A stretch of DNA of 64,000 nucleotides from Candidatus Woesearchaeota archaeon (GTDB lineage Archaea; Nanobdellota; Nanobdellia; Woesearchaeales; GW2011-AR4): positions 965 through 64,964 of the forward strand of contig JACOZN010000012.1 of NCBI GenBank assembly GCA_016181305.1. Direction: 5' to 3'. This document shows positions 18,704 through 30,194 of this stretch, piece after piece. The notes beneath the pieces were generated by a model, which was given only the letters and a program-made list of their open reading frames with translations, had not been told where the DNA came from and did not search any database. Each line of letters opens with the position of its first letter. The first letter of the stretch is position 1. Made by a program: the position numbers and the translations under genes.

Positions 18704-19396
18704 ATGGGAGAAGCTGCAAAGAATCTTGAACAGATGGTGGGTCTTGACGAATTGACAACCAAGGTAAAGGACTTTCAGGATAGTCCTTCTTTTAGGCTTT
18801 TGCAGAATAGCTTGCATAAGGTTGCCACTGATTATTATGATGCTGTTGATGGAAAAGCAGAAACTAAAGAGCTTGTTCTTGATGAAACCAGGGCAAGGGA
18901 TTTGGCAAACAAGCTGTGGGACACTGCTGCAGAGCAGATTGTGGTTAACTATCTAGCTAAAGGAAAACCAAGCAAAATCAAGGAATTAATGAGCTTAAAG
19001 GACGAGAAAGACCCGGCAACCGGCAAGCCACAATGGGAGTCTTTTATCAGGGAGCATTTGGGAATGAACAGGGATGAATTGTATGAAGCCCTCAAGACAA
19101 GAAGTGTAGTGAAGCGCGGTGAAATAGACGCTGTCATAGTAAAGCCGATTTATGATGCGCATGCAAATGCATTTACATCAAAGGCTGTCGCTACAAAAAT
19201 TGACTCAATAGAAAAGGCAAATGCAGCTCTGGACTACTTGAAGCAGCTGAAAAATGCAAATCCAAAGACATACGAAGCATTCAATATTCCGACAACGGTG
19301 AACAGCGTAGAGCAGGCGCAAAGGCTCTATGTAAGCGCAACACAGCTGTTGTCAAAAGACTACAAGCCAAAAGTAGCTGAAACGTATAAAAAGTAG
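18704..19396 (+). CDS. Hypothetical protein (230 aa)
   Basis: Long ORF, AGGGG RBS, T-rich tract after the stop. Confidence 0.75.
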   Translation: MGEAAKNLEQMVGLDELTTKVKDFQDSPSFRLLQNSLHKVATDYYDAVDGKAETKELVLDETRARDLANKLWDTAAEQIVVNYLAKGKPSKIKELMSLKDEKDPATGKPQWESFIREHLGMNRDELYEALKTRSVVKRGEIDAVIVKPIYDAHANAFTSKAVATKIDSIEKANAALDYLKQLKNANPKTYEAFNIPTTVNSVEQAQRLYVSATQLLSKDYKPKVAETYKK

Positions 19397-19464
19397 CCTG
19401 AAAACCGATTTCTTTTATTTTTTAATTTTTCTTTTCAATCTTACAGGCAGGACTAAAGAATAAA

Positions 19465-20835
19465 ATGCCGTTAGGAAGCTACAGGGTTTTGAGCGAGAAG
19501 TACATAAGGCCTCTTTCTGATAGCCCTGCCCCTGAAATTGCTCTCAAAGATAGGAAGTCAATGCAGATTGACGAGCCAAATACAACAGGCTCTTACGGGC
19601 ACGCTGCTCCAATTATGCTTATAGCCAAAGACGGGCTTATAAGCAGGACTTCAAACAACAGGTTCAGGTTTTCTGCAGACGACGTGGACAAAAACGGCAC
19701 GGGCTTCACAAATGATGATTATGGGCAGGGGAAATGGAAATTCGCAGGCGAAGGCAACTATTCTGCCAGGCACAATATAATCCAGAAAATGCCTGAGGTT
19801 GCATATTTTACAGGAATCACTCCTTTGGGCTTGTACATGCATGAAAAGGATACACACCCTAATTTGTTTGCAACTCCAAGAATTGTTGAGGCTGTTGATC
19901 CCAATAGAATAGGGTTTTATGATTATAGAAAACCATCGCAGGATAACAGAAACTTAATGTTTGACAGCATAAACAGGCTGAATTATGAGTCATCTGAATG
20001 GATTAGTTTTCTTGCAGGGAAAGGCATCTCAATTGACACATCAAAAAATCCAGGAGTGCTCGGATTGGGAGTGGAGCAGAGTCCATTTGCAGCAGGATAC
20101 TATCCAAAGCAGGGCTATTTGATGACTGAAATGAATTTCCACAACACAGCCAAAAGAATTATTTCAAGGTATGGACTGGAAGATAAGCCTGAAGCAATTG
20201 AAGCCATGAAGCGCTCAATACTGCTCCATGAGATTGCGCATGTCCTCGGTGTTGGGGGCAAGAAGAGGGATGAAGCATTTCAAGGCAGGCTGCAGTATGA
20301 ATTCTACTCAAGGATGGCTGAAAAATTCAAAGGCACAAAGATGGCAAGAGTTTACAGGGCGCTTGCAGAGGAAGGCGCGGACTATGCAGCATGGTATTCA
20401 AGGACAAGATGGGGAGAACTTTTTGACATAAAGGAAAAAGAAAGCCCGATAGAGTTTTTGATTGCAAAGCTTGAGGCTGACGGAATTGCACTTGAATTAA
20501 GGGGCGAAAAGCTTGAGAGTTATGTAAGCGCAAGGTTTAAGGAAACTTATGGCGCCCTCCGTAACGGCGAGCCGTCCCATAAGAAATCAGCAGGCAGGGG
20601 CTCAAAATCAAGCCAGAAGGCAAAAAATCTGGAAGTTATTGTAGAAGACGACAGCAATTCAAAAGAAGAAATCAGCGAGAAAGGAAGCAATCAAAAAAGA
20701 TACAGCAAAGTAGTCAGCCTTTCAGAATACAAAAGCATGAACGACGCCAAGAAATACGCAAAGGAAGATTCAAAAGAGTCAAAAGAGCAGGAAGAATCTG
20801 AATCACAGCAGTCTGAAACTGCCGAGGCTGCATAG
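19465..20835 (+). CDS. Putative zinc metallopeptidase (HExxH) with charged low-complexity tail
   Basis: ILLHEIAHVLG followed by a downstream E. Confidence 0.6.
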   Translation: MPLGSYRVLSEKYIRPLSDSPAPEIALKDRKSMQIDEPNTTGSYGHAAPIMLIAKDGLISRTSNNRFRFSADDVDKNGTGFTNDDYGQGKWKFAGEGNYSARHNIIQKMPEVAYFTGITPLGLYMHEKDTHPNLFATPRIVEAVDPNRIGFYDYRKPSQDNRNLMFDSINRLNYESSEWISFLAGKGISIDTSKNPGVLGLGVEQSPFAAGYYPKQGYLMTEMNFHNTAKRIISRYGLEDKPEAIEAMKRSILLHEIAHVLGVGGKKRDEAFQGRLQYEFYSRMAEKFKGTKMARVYRALAEEGADYAAWYSRTRWGELFDIKEKESPIEFLIAKLEADGIALELRGEKLESYVSARFKETYGALRNGEPSHKKSAGRGSKSSQKAKNLEVIVEDDSNSKEEISEKGSNQKRYSKVVSLSEYKSMNDAKKYAKEDSKESKEQEESESQQSETAEAA

Positions 20836-20863
20836 AAAAATTTATATTTGGAAAAAATAATAA

Positions 20864-21691
20864 TTAAGCAAGTTTCTCAACAACTTTAGCCATAAACATT
20901 CTTCCAAACACAAGGCTGGACAGTATGAGAATTATAGACATTGGCATGATAAGCACGCTTTTTTCCATGAAATAGTACAGCAAAAACGCCGACATAAAAA
21001 ATAAAAAAATATTGATAAAATAAACAGCCAGAATGTAGTGTATTTTCTTTATTCCAATAATCAAAGTCCTTTGAATTACATTTTTTAGTTCAGTCTTCTG
21101 CGCTAATGCTATTGAAACAAGCATAAAGTAGGCAAGGATTATGGAAAGTATCAAAAATGGAACGTATTTCGTGAGCAGTTTTGCGCTCACTTCCGCAATG
21201 CCTGTAATTGGAATGTTAAGCAGCGAGTAGAAGAAAATGAAAACCAAGCCCAAATAAGCCAATGAAATGACAAATATTTTTAAAAAATTCCTTGTTAGCT
21301 GATTAAGGCTGGTTTTATGGATTACCTTATGCACAACAGCCCATTCAATTGACATAAAAAGTATTGGCAATATAAAAATATAAACCAAATAAATCCTAAA
21401 ATTCTTCACTATCTCATTAAAATTCCTGCTTATGAGCAAGGGGTCGTCTCCCAGAATGCTTTTCTGCTCCAGAATGCTCGATGCAACTGACTCTTCGTCA
21501 AGCCTTAAGCTGCTTAGGTATTCGTCAATTGCCCTCTGGCTTTCAATCATTTTGGGGACATAAATGTAGCTGATTTGAAACATTGCTGCGAAAAACCCAG
21601 CCTGCAGGGCTAGCATCAAAAAAAACATCAGCTTGTTTTTCCAAACCAAAGCAAATGATTCTTTCAGAGAATTATAAATTATTTTTGGCAT
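20864..21691 (-). CDS. Multi-pass membrane protein closing surface-protein operon 1
   Basis: About 6 TM helices; ATG 21691 directly follows the giant gene's stop. Confidence 0.75.
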   Translation of the reverse strand: MPKIIYNSLKESFALVWKNKLMFFLMLALQAGFFAAMFQISYIYVPKMIESQRAIDEYLSSLRLDEESVASSILEQKSILGDDPLLISRNFNEIVKNFRIYLVYIFILPILFMSIEWAVVHKVIHKTSLNQLTRNFLKIFVISLAYLGLVFIFFYSLLNIPITGIAEVSAKLLTKYVPFLILSIILAYFMLVSIALAQKTELKNVIQRTLIIGIKKIHYILAVYFINIFLFFMSAFLLYYFMEKSVLIMPMSIILILSSLVFGRMFMAKVVEKLA

Positions 21692-21692
21692 T

Positions 21693-24600
21693 TTATGTTT
21701 TGCAGCACACAACGCTGGATGTAGCCTGTTCTTCTATAGCCCCTAAGCACGGGAAGCCTGCAGTCACAAACTGCTTTGAAGTACATGATGTGATATCTTT
21801 GCATGAGCCATATCCATTATCCTTGTCGCCGCACAGCACCTCAAATTTTGTATTAAATGTATCCTGCCCTGCCCGGCTTTTGCTTGTGGCAGTAACCTTT
21901 CCCTGGTATTCTCCGGCAATGCTAAACTCGCTTGTCTGGATTGTGCCTTCAAACACATTCTGCACGGTGGTGGGATTAAAAGTTGCAGTCTTTTCGATTG
22001 AATCAGGACTTGTGTAATAAAATATTATGTCTTTCACGTCACTTGGATTTTTCATTGTTGTGGATATTTTAACAGCTTCTATCTGGTCTTTGCTTACCTG
22101 GGAAGGCTCGACTTTTGCGTCTTTTATAAGAGCGCCCTGCAAGCCGACTCCCTGCGGCCTTTTTGTCTCAATCCTTATAGGTATTATTTTCTGCTGCGGC
22201 TTGTCTGGGTAAAGCACAGGGTCGTTAAAGGAGCATTCCTCAGGATTGCTGAATGAATCAACATTTTGCTTTAAGTGGTACAAAGCAAGCACTAAATTTC
22301 TCGGCGTTGATTGCGGAGTTGCTGCTGTTGTCTGCCTCACTGGCCTTACCTCCAGAGTTCCGCCTACAACGCCGACAGGCTTGTCTGCTCCCTGCGGCTT
22401 TTCCTTCCGCAATGCTGTCCTGCCGTCAGCTGCAAGCTGCAGATTCGCGCTTTTAATCTTCAGCTTAACCCCCTCTTTCTGGATTATAAATGCGCCTTCA
22501 TCCCTGTTTAAATATTCGGACTCTGATATTTTCTTAATGGCTGAGGGGTCTAAAACGCTTACGGAATCCTCGTCGCCGAAGAAGTTTATTGCGCCGTCAT
22601 TATTCATGTCGTAGAACTTAACAAAAACGCGCACTATCTGCTCATTGCTCAATTCCACCGGCTCGATATCCAGGCCCCTTTTGTCGCCAACAATCTGCTC
22701 TACCTGCAAGTCAGACGGCAGGCTTATTGTAACCCTGTACTGATGCGTGCCGTTTGATACTATGGGAACAATATCCTTTTCAACGCCGTCCAAAGTAGCC
22801 CTCAGGCATTTATCCTGCCCTATTTTGTTTACTGTGGCGTCTATGCCTATTGCACTGCCAACGCTGAAAACGAGCTCTTCTCTTTTGTTTATGTCAACGC
22901 CGTCTATCCTCACGTCAGTGAAATAGGCAATTCCCTTCCTGTTTGCAAATGTCGCTCCGTCGCCGCATATGAACGATCCTGACAATTCATCAAGCCTGCA
23001 GTCTAAAATGTCCCTTGCAGTCCTGTCTATCAACGGAAAGTAAAACACTCCGTCATCGTAGCCTTGAGGATAGCAGTTCGGCTTGATGTTTGCCTGTATC
23101 TTCCTGTCAGTCCTTAGCGTGAATTTCAGATGATCATACCTAACATTGTCGTCTATAACTCGCCTGCCTGAAGGAATTGCCTTTTCCTCAAGGACATTCT
23201 GCTTAAGCCTTCCATTAAACACCAATGGCCCTTTTCTTTCATCTGCAAGATTTATGCAGTCGCACTGGCTGTAGGCAGCTGACGTGCCCAAAGCGCCTGT
23301 ATAGGCAATTGAAGGCGCCCCCAATGCCCCGCAGTTTATCTGGTTGGGGTACAAGTCAAGCTGCTTTCTTCCAACGCATGCCAATTGAACATCATACCTC
23401 TCAAAGTCGCAGCCCGGGTTGATTATCCAGGACGCCCTGTACTCGTATTTTGGGGTAAACCTGACTGGATCAACAGTCAGAAATTCCCTGCTTCTTGTTA
23501 TCGGCTGCACCAATGTTGCAAATGGAGTTGCGTATGCGGCATCAACAATGTTTTTCACATTGATTTCCCAGTCATAGCCGAAAGCCCCAAGGCATATTTT
23601 TCTTGCAACGCTTTCCTCTCCTGTGCCGAGGATTTCGTTAAGCTTCGCATTTCCATACTCGTTTCTTAGCTGCTGCTGCAAGTCAGTAATGCCTTCATGA
23701 ATTCCCTTGAATCCTGACTTTACATATTCTATTATGCTGTCGCTCTGCGCATTGACGTCTGTGCCAGACTCTTGCGGAGTGCAGCCGTCTACAAACCACC
23801 TTATAACCTGCCATATCGCGCTGCACAGGTATTGCGTGAACAATTCCTTGCACGCCCCTGAGTCTCCCCTTCCTGTTGTTCTCACTTGTATTAAGCACGT
23901 TGACATTGATGTCATAAGATTCTTGATGAACTGTATCCTGTTGCTTATCCCTGCAAGGTGCACGCATTGCACCGCAGCCCAGTGGTCCTTGAAAGGGTCA
24001 ACTGCCATCACAGTCTCGGGCTTGAACGGCTCGTAAATCCAGTGGTTCTGCCCGAAGCATGCAGGCAGGTCTCTTCCCTCAATGTATCTTTTCGGGTTGT
24101 ATTCATTATGCACAACAGACGTGTCATCCACATCTCTTGCCTCAAACTTTTCCTTGAAATACCTGTAGCTCCATTTCATCTGTTCAAAATCAGTTGAGCC
24201 AAGCCCTTGTGTCTCCGCAGATGCGCTGGCTTTTTTTGGCTCATGGACTGGGCTTTGGGTTTCATACACTGCCTTGTCATCAGGGCTGTAGTAATTTGTT
24301 GTCAGTTTTGTTTCCTTTGCATTTATGCAGCAGCATTCCTCCCTTGTTGCAGTCAAGTCGCTTACTGCTTCGGCATTATTGCCTGTGTAGAAGCAGTCAT
24401 TTGTGTAGCCTGCTGTAAGCGCAGATTGGATGGAGTATATACTGCCATTAATTGCCGAAATTTGCTTATTTTGGTTGAATGACCTGCAAGTGTCGACTTT
24501 TGTGCACGCATACCCAATTTTATTTGATGATTTTGATTTTGGGTCTGGCTCTATTTGAATTGGGGTTCCTCCAAGATTTACTTTATTCTTTTTTTGCTGG

Positions 24601-27600
24601 TCTTGCGGCTTTACCCCGCAAATCTCTGCACAGCTCTTTTGCTGGGCGGTTATATAATGGAATTCATCTTTTTTGACTGCATAACTTATTGTAATTTCAG
24701 ATGGGCCAGTCAAGCGCTCTAATTCATATAGGTTGCCAGTAGATTGTTTTCCCAGCCTGAAAAGCGCTTTCTTTCCTCCTTTTTCCACCTTAAAGCACTT
24801 ATCATCAATGTTGTATATTTCTTTATTTAGCTGAAACGAAGCTGCCACATCCCTGCATTTCTCTGGATTTAAAGGCAGCCCTCTTACGCTCTGGTCAACT
24901 CCGCACCCTTCAATGCTTGTAACTTTATTGTATAAATCCGTATCATCCTTCTTCTCAGTCCATTTTGCAGGGGCTGCATGCCCGAACACCCTGTCGCAGC
25001 TCCACCTGAACCAGTTGTATGCGCTCGCCTCTGACTCCCATGCGCCTGCAGACGCAGGGAAGCACTTTCTCAGGTCAGCGTCAGTGACATATTTCATCTG
25101 GAAGCTGCCTTTCTTCTCGGCAATGTCCTCCATCATCCTCTGGCAGTCATCCTTGTCGCCTTTGTTGGCAGGCTTCAAAGGCTTTTTCTCAAAAAGCTCG
25201 AAAATCTCCGAGGCTCCCAGCCCCCTTTTCAGAATCAAAAACGGCTTTTCCTCCCAGAAAGCAATCCATCTCCTGTAAATGCCAAGAACCAGGTTCAATC
25301 CGAATGATGCAATGCAGCCGACTGCTGCAAAATCAAGCAGCTTGTCAATCTGCTCCTGCACTGAAGTCAAAGTCTTTATGGAGCTCTGCAAAAAATTTAC
25401 AAAGTCAAAAAGCAGCCAGTCAGGCAAAAATTTCCTGGGATCTATTATGGTGCTGTCAACAACATAGCTTACCTGCTCGCAAGTTGTCTGCGTTTCTGTC
25501 TCCAGAACACCGTCATTGTCCATGTCGTGCTGGTATGTTATTTTCACCTTCACAGGGAATGTGAGTTCCTTGTTGATAGCCTTCAGGAAGCTTTTCCAGT
25601 CCTTTTCCAAAAATGAGTCCATGCCCGGGAATCTTGAAAGCGTCATAGCCGAGTAAGAAACCGTGTTGTCAGGCGGGTTGAGCAGCTTCGGGCTATTGCT
25701 TGAAGGCATAATCTGGCAGCTTATATTGAACCTCGGGTCAAGCAGCTCCCTTGTGCTGCACGCCTTTGATAATAAGACTCCTTTTATCTTTGGATTTATG
25801 CCTCTTCCTATGTAAGAGTAATTAAAGATAAAGTAAATGGTTTCTGTGCCTTCTGCCATCCTTTCAGTGCTGAGGAATGGCGGGCTCTGGTAATTGGCAA
25901 GGGGAATCACGTCCCAGCTTTGGTTGCCGCTCCAGCATGTGCCAATCCTGACGCTTCTTGTCGCAAAGCCCCTCTGCCCCGTGGCGTCAGTTGCAATCAC
26001 AACAAGCGTTGTTGTTTTTGAATCCTTGGCTTCCTCAAGGCTTGTGTCCCTGAAATCCGAGACAGGCACCTCCCTGAGGCGGGCAGCGCCGCCGAAAATT
26101 GCAGTCAAATCCACATTCTCAAACTTGAAATTCCCGCTGCTGTCCGATGTTGTCGAGAAATCAGCCCCTGTGCTGCATAAAGATTTTGAAGCGACATTGA
26201 ACCTGCATTTTGCATCAAGCTGGGGCTCTGCAATATTTTGGACTTCATTAGCCAATCCGCTTAATTCAAAAGTGGCGTTGAAGCTGCTGAAAGGGGTCCT
26301 GTCAACAAACAGATGAACTCTGGCATTCGGCTTTGTTGTCCCAATAACGTTAACTTCGTTGGCTGCATTCTCGAAAAGCAGGGCGCCGCTTGGGGGGCTT
26401 GTTATCTTTACATCAGGCTTCTTTGTATCAAGCACAACATTCCTTTCAAAAACAACGCTGTTTTCAGCCCTGTCTTCGAATACAAGCTTTATGAAATAAT
26501 TTCCATCGCCTTTGTTCAGCCTTATTCCAAAATTAAAGACTCCGCTGCCGTTGAGCACGAGGACAGGTTTTCTGAAGTCCTCAAGTATGTCGACTTCAGG
26601 ATATTTGAGGTTCAATATCGCTCCCCCTTTCAGGGTGGTTGCTGCAACAGGCCCTGATTTCGGCCCTTCGTTTGCAAAGTTATTGACTGCTGAAACCTCG
26701 TATGTGTAGGTTTTCCCGCTGTCAACCAAGGCATCTATGAACAGGTTAAAATTTGCCGGCTTTGTCAGCGCAATCGGGCTCGAATCCTCCCTATAAACAA
26801 CATAATGGCTGAAATCCTTGTCTTTGGACTCGTCCCAGTGCAGCTCGACAAAATTCTGCCCTATCCTGGTGGCATTCAGCCCTGCAATCCTTGAGGGCAC
26901 TGCAGTGTCGTTGGCTTTTGCGTCGACAAAAACCTTTATCAGCGCCTGCTCGTTCACAAAGCCGCTTATTGTAAGATTCTGTTTTGATGTGAGGGACGGA
27001 ATGTCGTCAAGCTGCACAACAGGCTTTTCAGTGTCGACACTAACCTCGAATATTTTCTGGTTTCTGTTGCCTGACTTGTCAGCAACTGTTATCTTTACAA
27101 TATTGTCATTGTTCAGCTGAATCTGGCTGAAGACAAACCTGCCTGAGCTTCCGACTTCGTTCCCGCTGAGGCTTCTTTTTGGGATTCCCATGTCATTGAC
27201 GAACAGGCTTACGGACGAGAAAGGCTCTGTGGAGCCGACTATGTCAATCACCCTCCTGTTTACAAACCTGGGGATTGAGGCATTGATGAAAGGAGGGGTT
27301 ATGTCCCTTCCCGCAGTGAAGTTCCGGCCTGAGGAGTTTGCGCAGTTGCCTGATGCGTCGCACGACTTGACAATGAAAATGTATCTTGTATTTTTTACAA
27401 GCCCGTCTATCACAATTGAATGGTTGGTTACAAGCTGGGTTGAGCTTTTGATTTTGTCGGTCCTGTTGGTGCCGTAAAGCACTATCGTTGTTGCATTCTC
27501 GTCAGTCAGCCATGTTGCCCTTGCAGTTGTATCAGCCACAGGAAGTATGTCTACGCTTGTTATTGCAGGAGCAGAAGAATCAACTGCGCCTGTCGAGGCT

Positions 27601-28232
27601 GCCAAGGTGTTTGACTGGGCGCCTTCATTGCCGCTGGCATCAACCGCAGAAACCCTGTAGCTAAAGGAGCTTTTTGCCTGCAATCCCGTGTCATTAAATG
27701 TGTTTGCCGTTGAATTGCCCACAACTGCAAAATTCCTGTAAATCAAATAGTGGCTCAGGTCTGGGATATTCATGCTGTTCCATGAAATAGATATCGAATC
27801 CTGTGTTGAAGACAATGCGCTCAGGCCAGTGACTTGCGGAGGAGGCGTTATGTCTGCTGTCCTGAAAGTGTAAAAGCTGTTTGAGTTGTTGTCTGTTGCT
27901 GAGCTGCCCGCCAAGTTCATGGACTCAACTGCAAAAAAGTATGTTGTATCGCTCTCAATCCCGCTTATTACCGTCACCGTGTGGTTATTGACGAAGTTGT
28001 CATGGACTTGCTTGAATCCCAGGGCCGATGTCTTGCCGTAATGCACTTTTCCGTCTGCCATCTCGTCTGTAGTCCACTCGATTGTTGCGGAGTTTGAGGT
28101 TACCTTTGTAGCCCTTGCATTGGATATTGTAAGTCCATAAACATTTGCAGTGTAGAAAGGCAGCGTCAGAACCAGCTGTATCATGAGCACGGTCATCAAT
28201 TCAGTTATTTTTAACTTGGCTTTTGAATTCAT
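21693..28232 (-). CDS. Giant surface protein (2179 aa): fibronectin type III/Ig-like repeats plus Cys-rich region
   Basis: Signal peptide; SATIEWTTDE, ISISWN..YRVSAVDASGNEG, YTYEVSAVN FN3 motifs; many paired Cys. Confidence 0.9.
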   Translation of the reverse strand: MNSKAKLKITELMTVLMIQLVLTLPFYTANVYGLTISNARATKVTSNSATIEWTTDEMADGKVHYGKTSALGFKQVHDNFVNNHTVTVISGIESDTTYFFAVESMNLAGSSATDNNSNSFYTFRTADITPPPQVTGLSALSSTQDSISISWNSMNIPDLSHYLIYRNFAVVGNSTANTFNDTGLQAKSSFSYRVSAVDASGNEGAQSNTLAASTGAVDSSAPAITSVDILPVADTTARATWLTDENATTIVLYGTNRTDKIKSSTQLVTNHSIVIDGLVKNTRYIFIVKSCDASGNCANSSGRNFTAGRDITPPFINASIPRFVNRRVIDIVGSTEPFSSVSLFVNDMGIPKRSLSGNEVGSSGRFVFSQIQLNNDNIVKITVADKSGNRNQKIFEVSVDTEKPVVQLDDIPSLTSKQNLTISGFVNEQALIKVFVDAKANDTAVPSRIAGLNATRIGQNFVELHWDESKDKDFSHYVVYREDSSPIALTKPANFNLFIDALVDSGKTYTYEVSAVNNFANEGPKSGPVAATTLKGGAILNLKYPEVDILEDFRKPVLVLNGSGVFNFGIRLNKGDGNYFIKLVFEDRAENSVVFERNVVLDTKKPDVKITSPPSGALLFENAANEVNVIGTTKPNARVHLFVDRTPFSSFNATFELSGLANEVQNIAEPQLDAKCRFNVASKSLCSTGADFSTTSDSSGNFKFENVDLTAIFGGAARLREVPVSDFRDTSLEEAKDSKTTTLVVIATDATGQRGFATRSVRIGTCWSGNQSWDVIPLANYQSPPFLSTERMAEGTETIYFIFNYSYIGRGINPKIKGVLLSKACSTRELLDPRFNISCQIMPSSNSPKLLNPPDNTVSYSAMTLSRFPGMDSFLEKDWKSFLKAINKELTFPVKVKITYQHDMDNDGVLETETQTTCEQVSYVVDSTIIDPRKFLPDWLLFDFVNFLQSSIKTLTSVQEQIDKLLDFAAVGCIASFGLNLVLGIYRRWIAFWEEKPFLILKRGLGASEIFELFEKKPLKPANKGDKDDCQRMMEDIAEKKGSFQMKYVTDADLRKCFPASAGAWESEASAYNWFRWSCDRVFGHAAPAKWTEKKDDTDLYNKVTSIEGCGVDQSVRGLPLNPEKCRDVAASFQLNKEIYNIDDKCFKVEKGGKKALFRLGKQSTGNLYELERLTGPSEITISYAVKKDEFHYITAQQKSCAEICGVKPQDQQKKNKVNLGGTPIQIEPDPKSKSSNKIGYACTKVDTCRSFNQNKQISAINGSIYSIQSALTAGYTNDCFYTGNNAEAVSDLTATREECCCINAKETKLTTNYYSPDDKAVYETQSPVHEPKKASASAETQGLGSTDFEQMKWSYRYFKEKFEARDVDDTSVVHNEYNPKRYIEGRDLPACFGQNHWIYEPFKPETVMAVDPFKDHWAAVQCVHLAGISNRIQFIKNLMTSMSTCLIQVRTTGRGDSGACKELFTQYLCSAIWQVIRWFVDGCTPQESGTDVNAQSDSIIEYVKSGFKGIHEGITDLQQQLRNEYGNAKLNEILGTGEESVARKICLGAFGYDWEINVKNIVDAAYATPFATLVQPITRSREFLTVDPVRFTPKYEYRASWIINPGCDFERYDVQLACVGRKQLDLYPNQINCGALGAPSIAYTGALGTSAAYSQCDCINLADERKGPLVFNGRLKQNVLEEKAIPSGRRVIDDNVRYDHLKFTLRTDRKIQANIKPNCYPQGYDDGVFYFPLIDRTARDILDCRLDELSGSFICGDGATFANRKGIAYFTDVRIDGVDINKREELVFSVGSAIGIDATVNKIGQDKCLRATLDGVEKDIVPIVSNGTHQYRVTISLPSDLQVEQIVGDKRGLDIEPVELSNEQIVRVFVKFYDMNNDGAINFFGDEDSVSVLDPSAIKKISESEYLNRDEGAFIIQKEGVKLKIKSANLQLAADGRTALRKEKPQGADKPVGVVGGTLEVRPVRQTTAATPQSTPRNLVLALYHLKQNVDSFSNPEECSFNDPVLYPDKPQQKIIPIRIETKRPQGVGLQGALIKDAKVEPSQVSKDQIEAVKISTTMKNPSDVKDIIFYYTSPDSIEKTATFNPTTVQNVFEGTIQTSEFSIAGEYQGKVTATSKSRAGQDTFNTKFEVLCGDKDNGYGSCKDITSCTSKQFVTAGFPCLGAIEEQATSSVVCCKT

Positions 28233-28249
28233 TTTATTGCTTATTTATC

Positions 28250-30178
28250 TCATTTTAATTCAGGGGCGGGGACATTTTTTGAGTACGAGCTGAGCCCGGA
28301 AACAAACAAAAGCATCTCATCCTCTGATGCAGGCCCCTGCTCCACCACATGGAACACGATTTCATTTGCATTTAACAATGCGCTTTTGCTTGCCTTCAGC
28401 TCGCCGATGTAGCCTGCTACAATACTTTCTTCGTCTGTGACATAAATTTCCACGTCATAAGACGCGTCCCTGTCCGCAATCTTGAGCGGGAATTGCGACT
28501 CCTGCGGGTAGGCTGCAAAGCTCTCGAATCCAAAGTCCTTTCCTTTTATTGATATAGAGGCTTTTTCATTCGGAGCCAGGCTGCTTGAAACAGATGGATT
28601 TGAAAGCAGGTGCTTCACAACCATGTAGTTATTGAATTCTTTTACTGGGTTGAGCGCCAGCACATACGAGCGCCCGTCAACATCAGTCTGTATAAAGGAT
28701 GCAGCATCGCCAAAGCCTCCCTTTTCGCCCTTTATGACGCCGTAGACGCAGTACGGGAACAATCTTGTTATGCCTGCTGCAGCTCCGAGGCTGAGCCAGT
28801 CGCTCTGCCCCATGCCGCAATAATAGCGCCCGCATACAAAGGTCAAATTCACGCCTTTTATGTCATCTCCCGTCGAATTGTCGACGGTAAAAATCGTCAC
28901 CTCATTCTGCACATTGCTGCAGTAGTCATCCTGGCTTAAGTCCGGGGGAATATCAAACAATGTCGCGCCTGACTTAAGCCTGTTGGGCTGGTTGTGGTCA
29001 ATGGAAGCCCTGAATGCAAAGCTGAACTGGTAAGGCTTGTTTGACTCAGTCTCCTGGTCAAAGATTGAGGCAACAACAGGGAAATTTATGTCGTATGTGA
29101 AATGCCATATCTGTAGGCAGAAGAACGAAAGCTTGTCAGTCCCTTTTTGCGCATTGCTCCTCAAAATGCCGTTTTCGCTGGGCCTCGCGTAAATACTCAT
29201 TGGCCAGCCTTCATAGGCAAACGAGACTTTCATATTGCTGTATTTTCCCGGGTCTTTGTCTATCTCCCATATGTAATGCTGCTGGAAATAAGTGTCTGAG
29301 TAGACACTCCTGCCGGCAGGGTTCGGAACATACAAATTTGGGTTGTAGTCTGTGCCCTTTACCCTTATGTAAGGCAGGTTGATCCTCAGCAAATTCTTTA
29401 ATTTCTCTTTTATGCTGCTAAGCTGCCATGTCTTCGGGCTGCAGCCCGCCTCTACATCTGTGGTAGGAATGTCCACGTCCATGGACATCAGGTCTATTGC
29501 CTTTCTCTCTATAAAATAATCCTTGTTCTCCCTTTCCATAATCAGCTTTGCAGCCTCGTACACTTTCTTAAATCTTATTGGAAGCGTGTAGCCAAACCTT
29601 TCAAGAAGCGCCTTGAAATTGCCTTCCTTTCCAATGACCTCCACATGGTAATCCAGCTCTACAGAGACATCATTCTCGTTGAACTTCACTGCGGCAACCG
29701 GCTTTTTCAATTCGTTTATCTCGAATCTTCCGCTGAACGGCTCGAAATCACTGATGCAGCTTTTCAATTCCGACTCTATGTGGCTTGCGAGCTGCTGGTT
29801 TATGAATTCCTCTGTCGGGACAGCCTCAATGCCGTCATGCCACCAGTACGGCATTTTGAAGCCTCCGGCGGGAAATGCCGCCAGATACGCCCTTTGGTCG
29901 CTTTTTATACTTTCAGGCACGCTTATGTAGCCGCCGCCCAGCCCTATTCTTTCCAGGCCGTCCTGCGCAACACTTTTTATGCAGTCTTCTATATAGACTT
30001 TCACGGGAAGCGCCTCGGGCTGCACAACTTCCACAATATCCCGGAATATCTGCCTCTGGTAAAGAAAATAAACAACCCCTGAAAGCAGGATTACCATGGC
30101 TATTATTATGAAAATTGCCGCCTGTGATTTTGAACTGCGGATTAATGCAGTGAATTTACCTCTTTTTTTTATGCTCAT
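28250..30178 (-). CDS. Class III signal (pilin-like) membrane-anchored protein
   Basis: KSQ|AAIFIIIAMVILL; 'YIEDCI...GLERIGLGGGY' block shared with three paralogues. Confidence 0.75.
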   Translation of the reverse strand: MSIKKRGKFTALIRSSKSQAAIFIIIAMVILLSGVVYFLYQRQIFRDIVEVVQPEALPVKVYIEDCIKSVAQDGLERIGLGGGYISVPESIKSDQRAYLAAFPAGGFKMPYWWHDGIEAVPTEEFINQQLASHIESELKSCISDFEPFSGRFEINELKKPVAAVKFNENDVSVELDYHVEVIGKEGNFKALLERFGYTLPIRFKKVYEAAKLIMERENKDYFIERKAIDLMSMDVDIPTTDVEAGCSPKTWQLSSIKEKLKNLLRINLPYIRVKGTDYNPNLYVPNPAGRSVYSDTYFQQHYIWEIDKDPGKYSNMKVSFAYEGWPMSIYARPSENGILRSNAQKGTDKLSFFCLQIWHFTYDINFPVVASIFDQETESNKPYQFSFAFRASIDHNQPNRLKSGATLFDIPPDLSQDDYCSNVQNEVTIFTVDNSTGDDIKGVNLTFVCGRYYCGMGQSDWLSLGAAAGITRLFPYCVYGVIKGEKGGFGDAASFIQTDVDGRSYVLALNPVKEFNNYMVVKHLLSNPSVSSSLAPNEKASISIKGKDFGFESFAAYPQESQFPLKIADRDASYDVEIYVTDEESIVAGYIGELKASKSALLNANEIVFHVVEQGPASEDEMLLFVSGLSSYSKNVPAPELK

Positions 30179-30194
30179 TTTTACACCATATTTA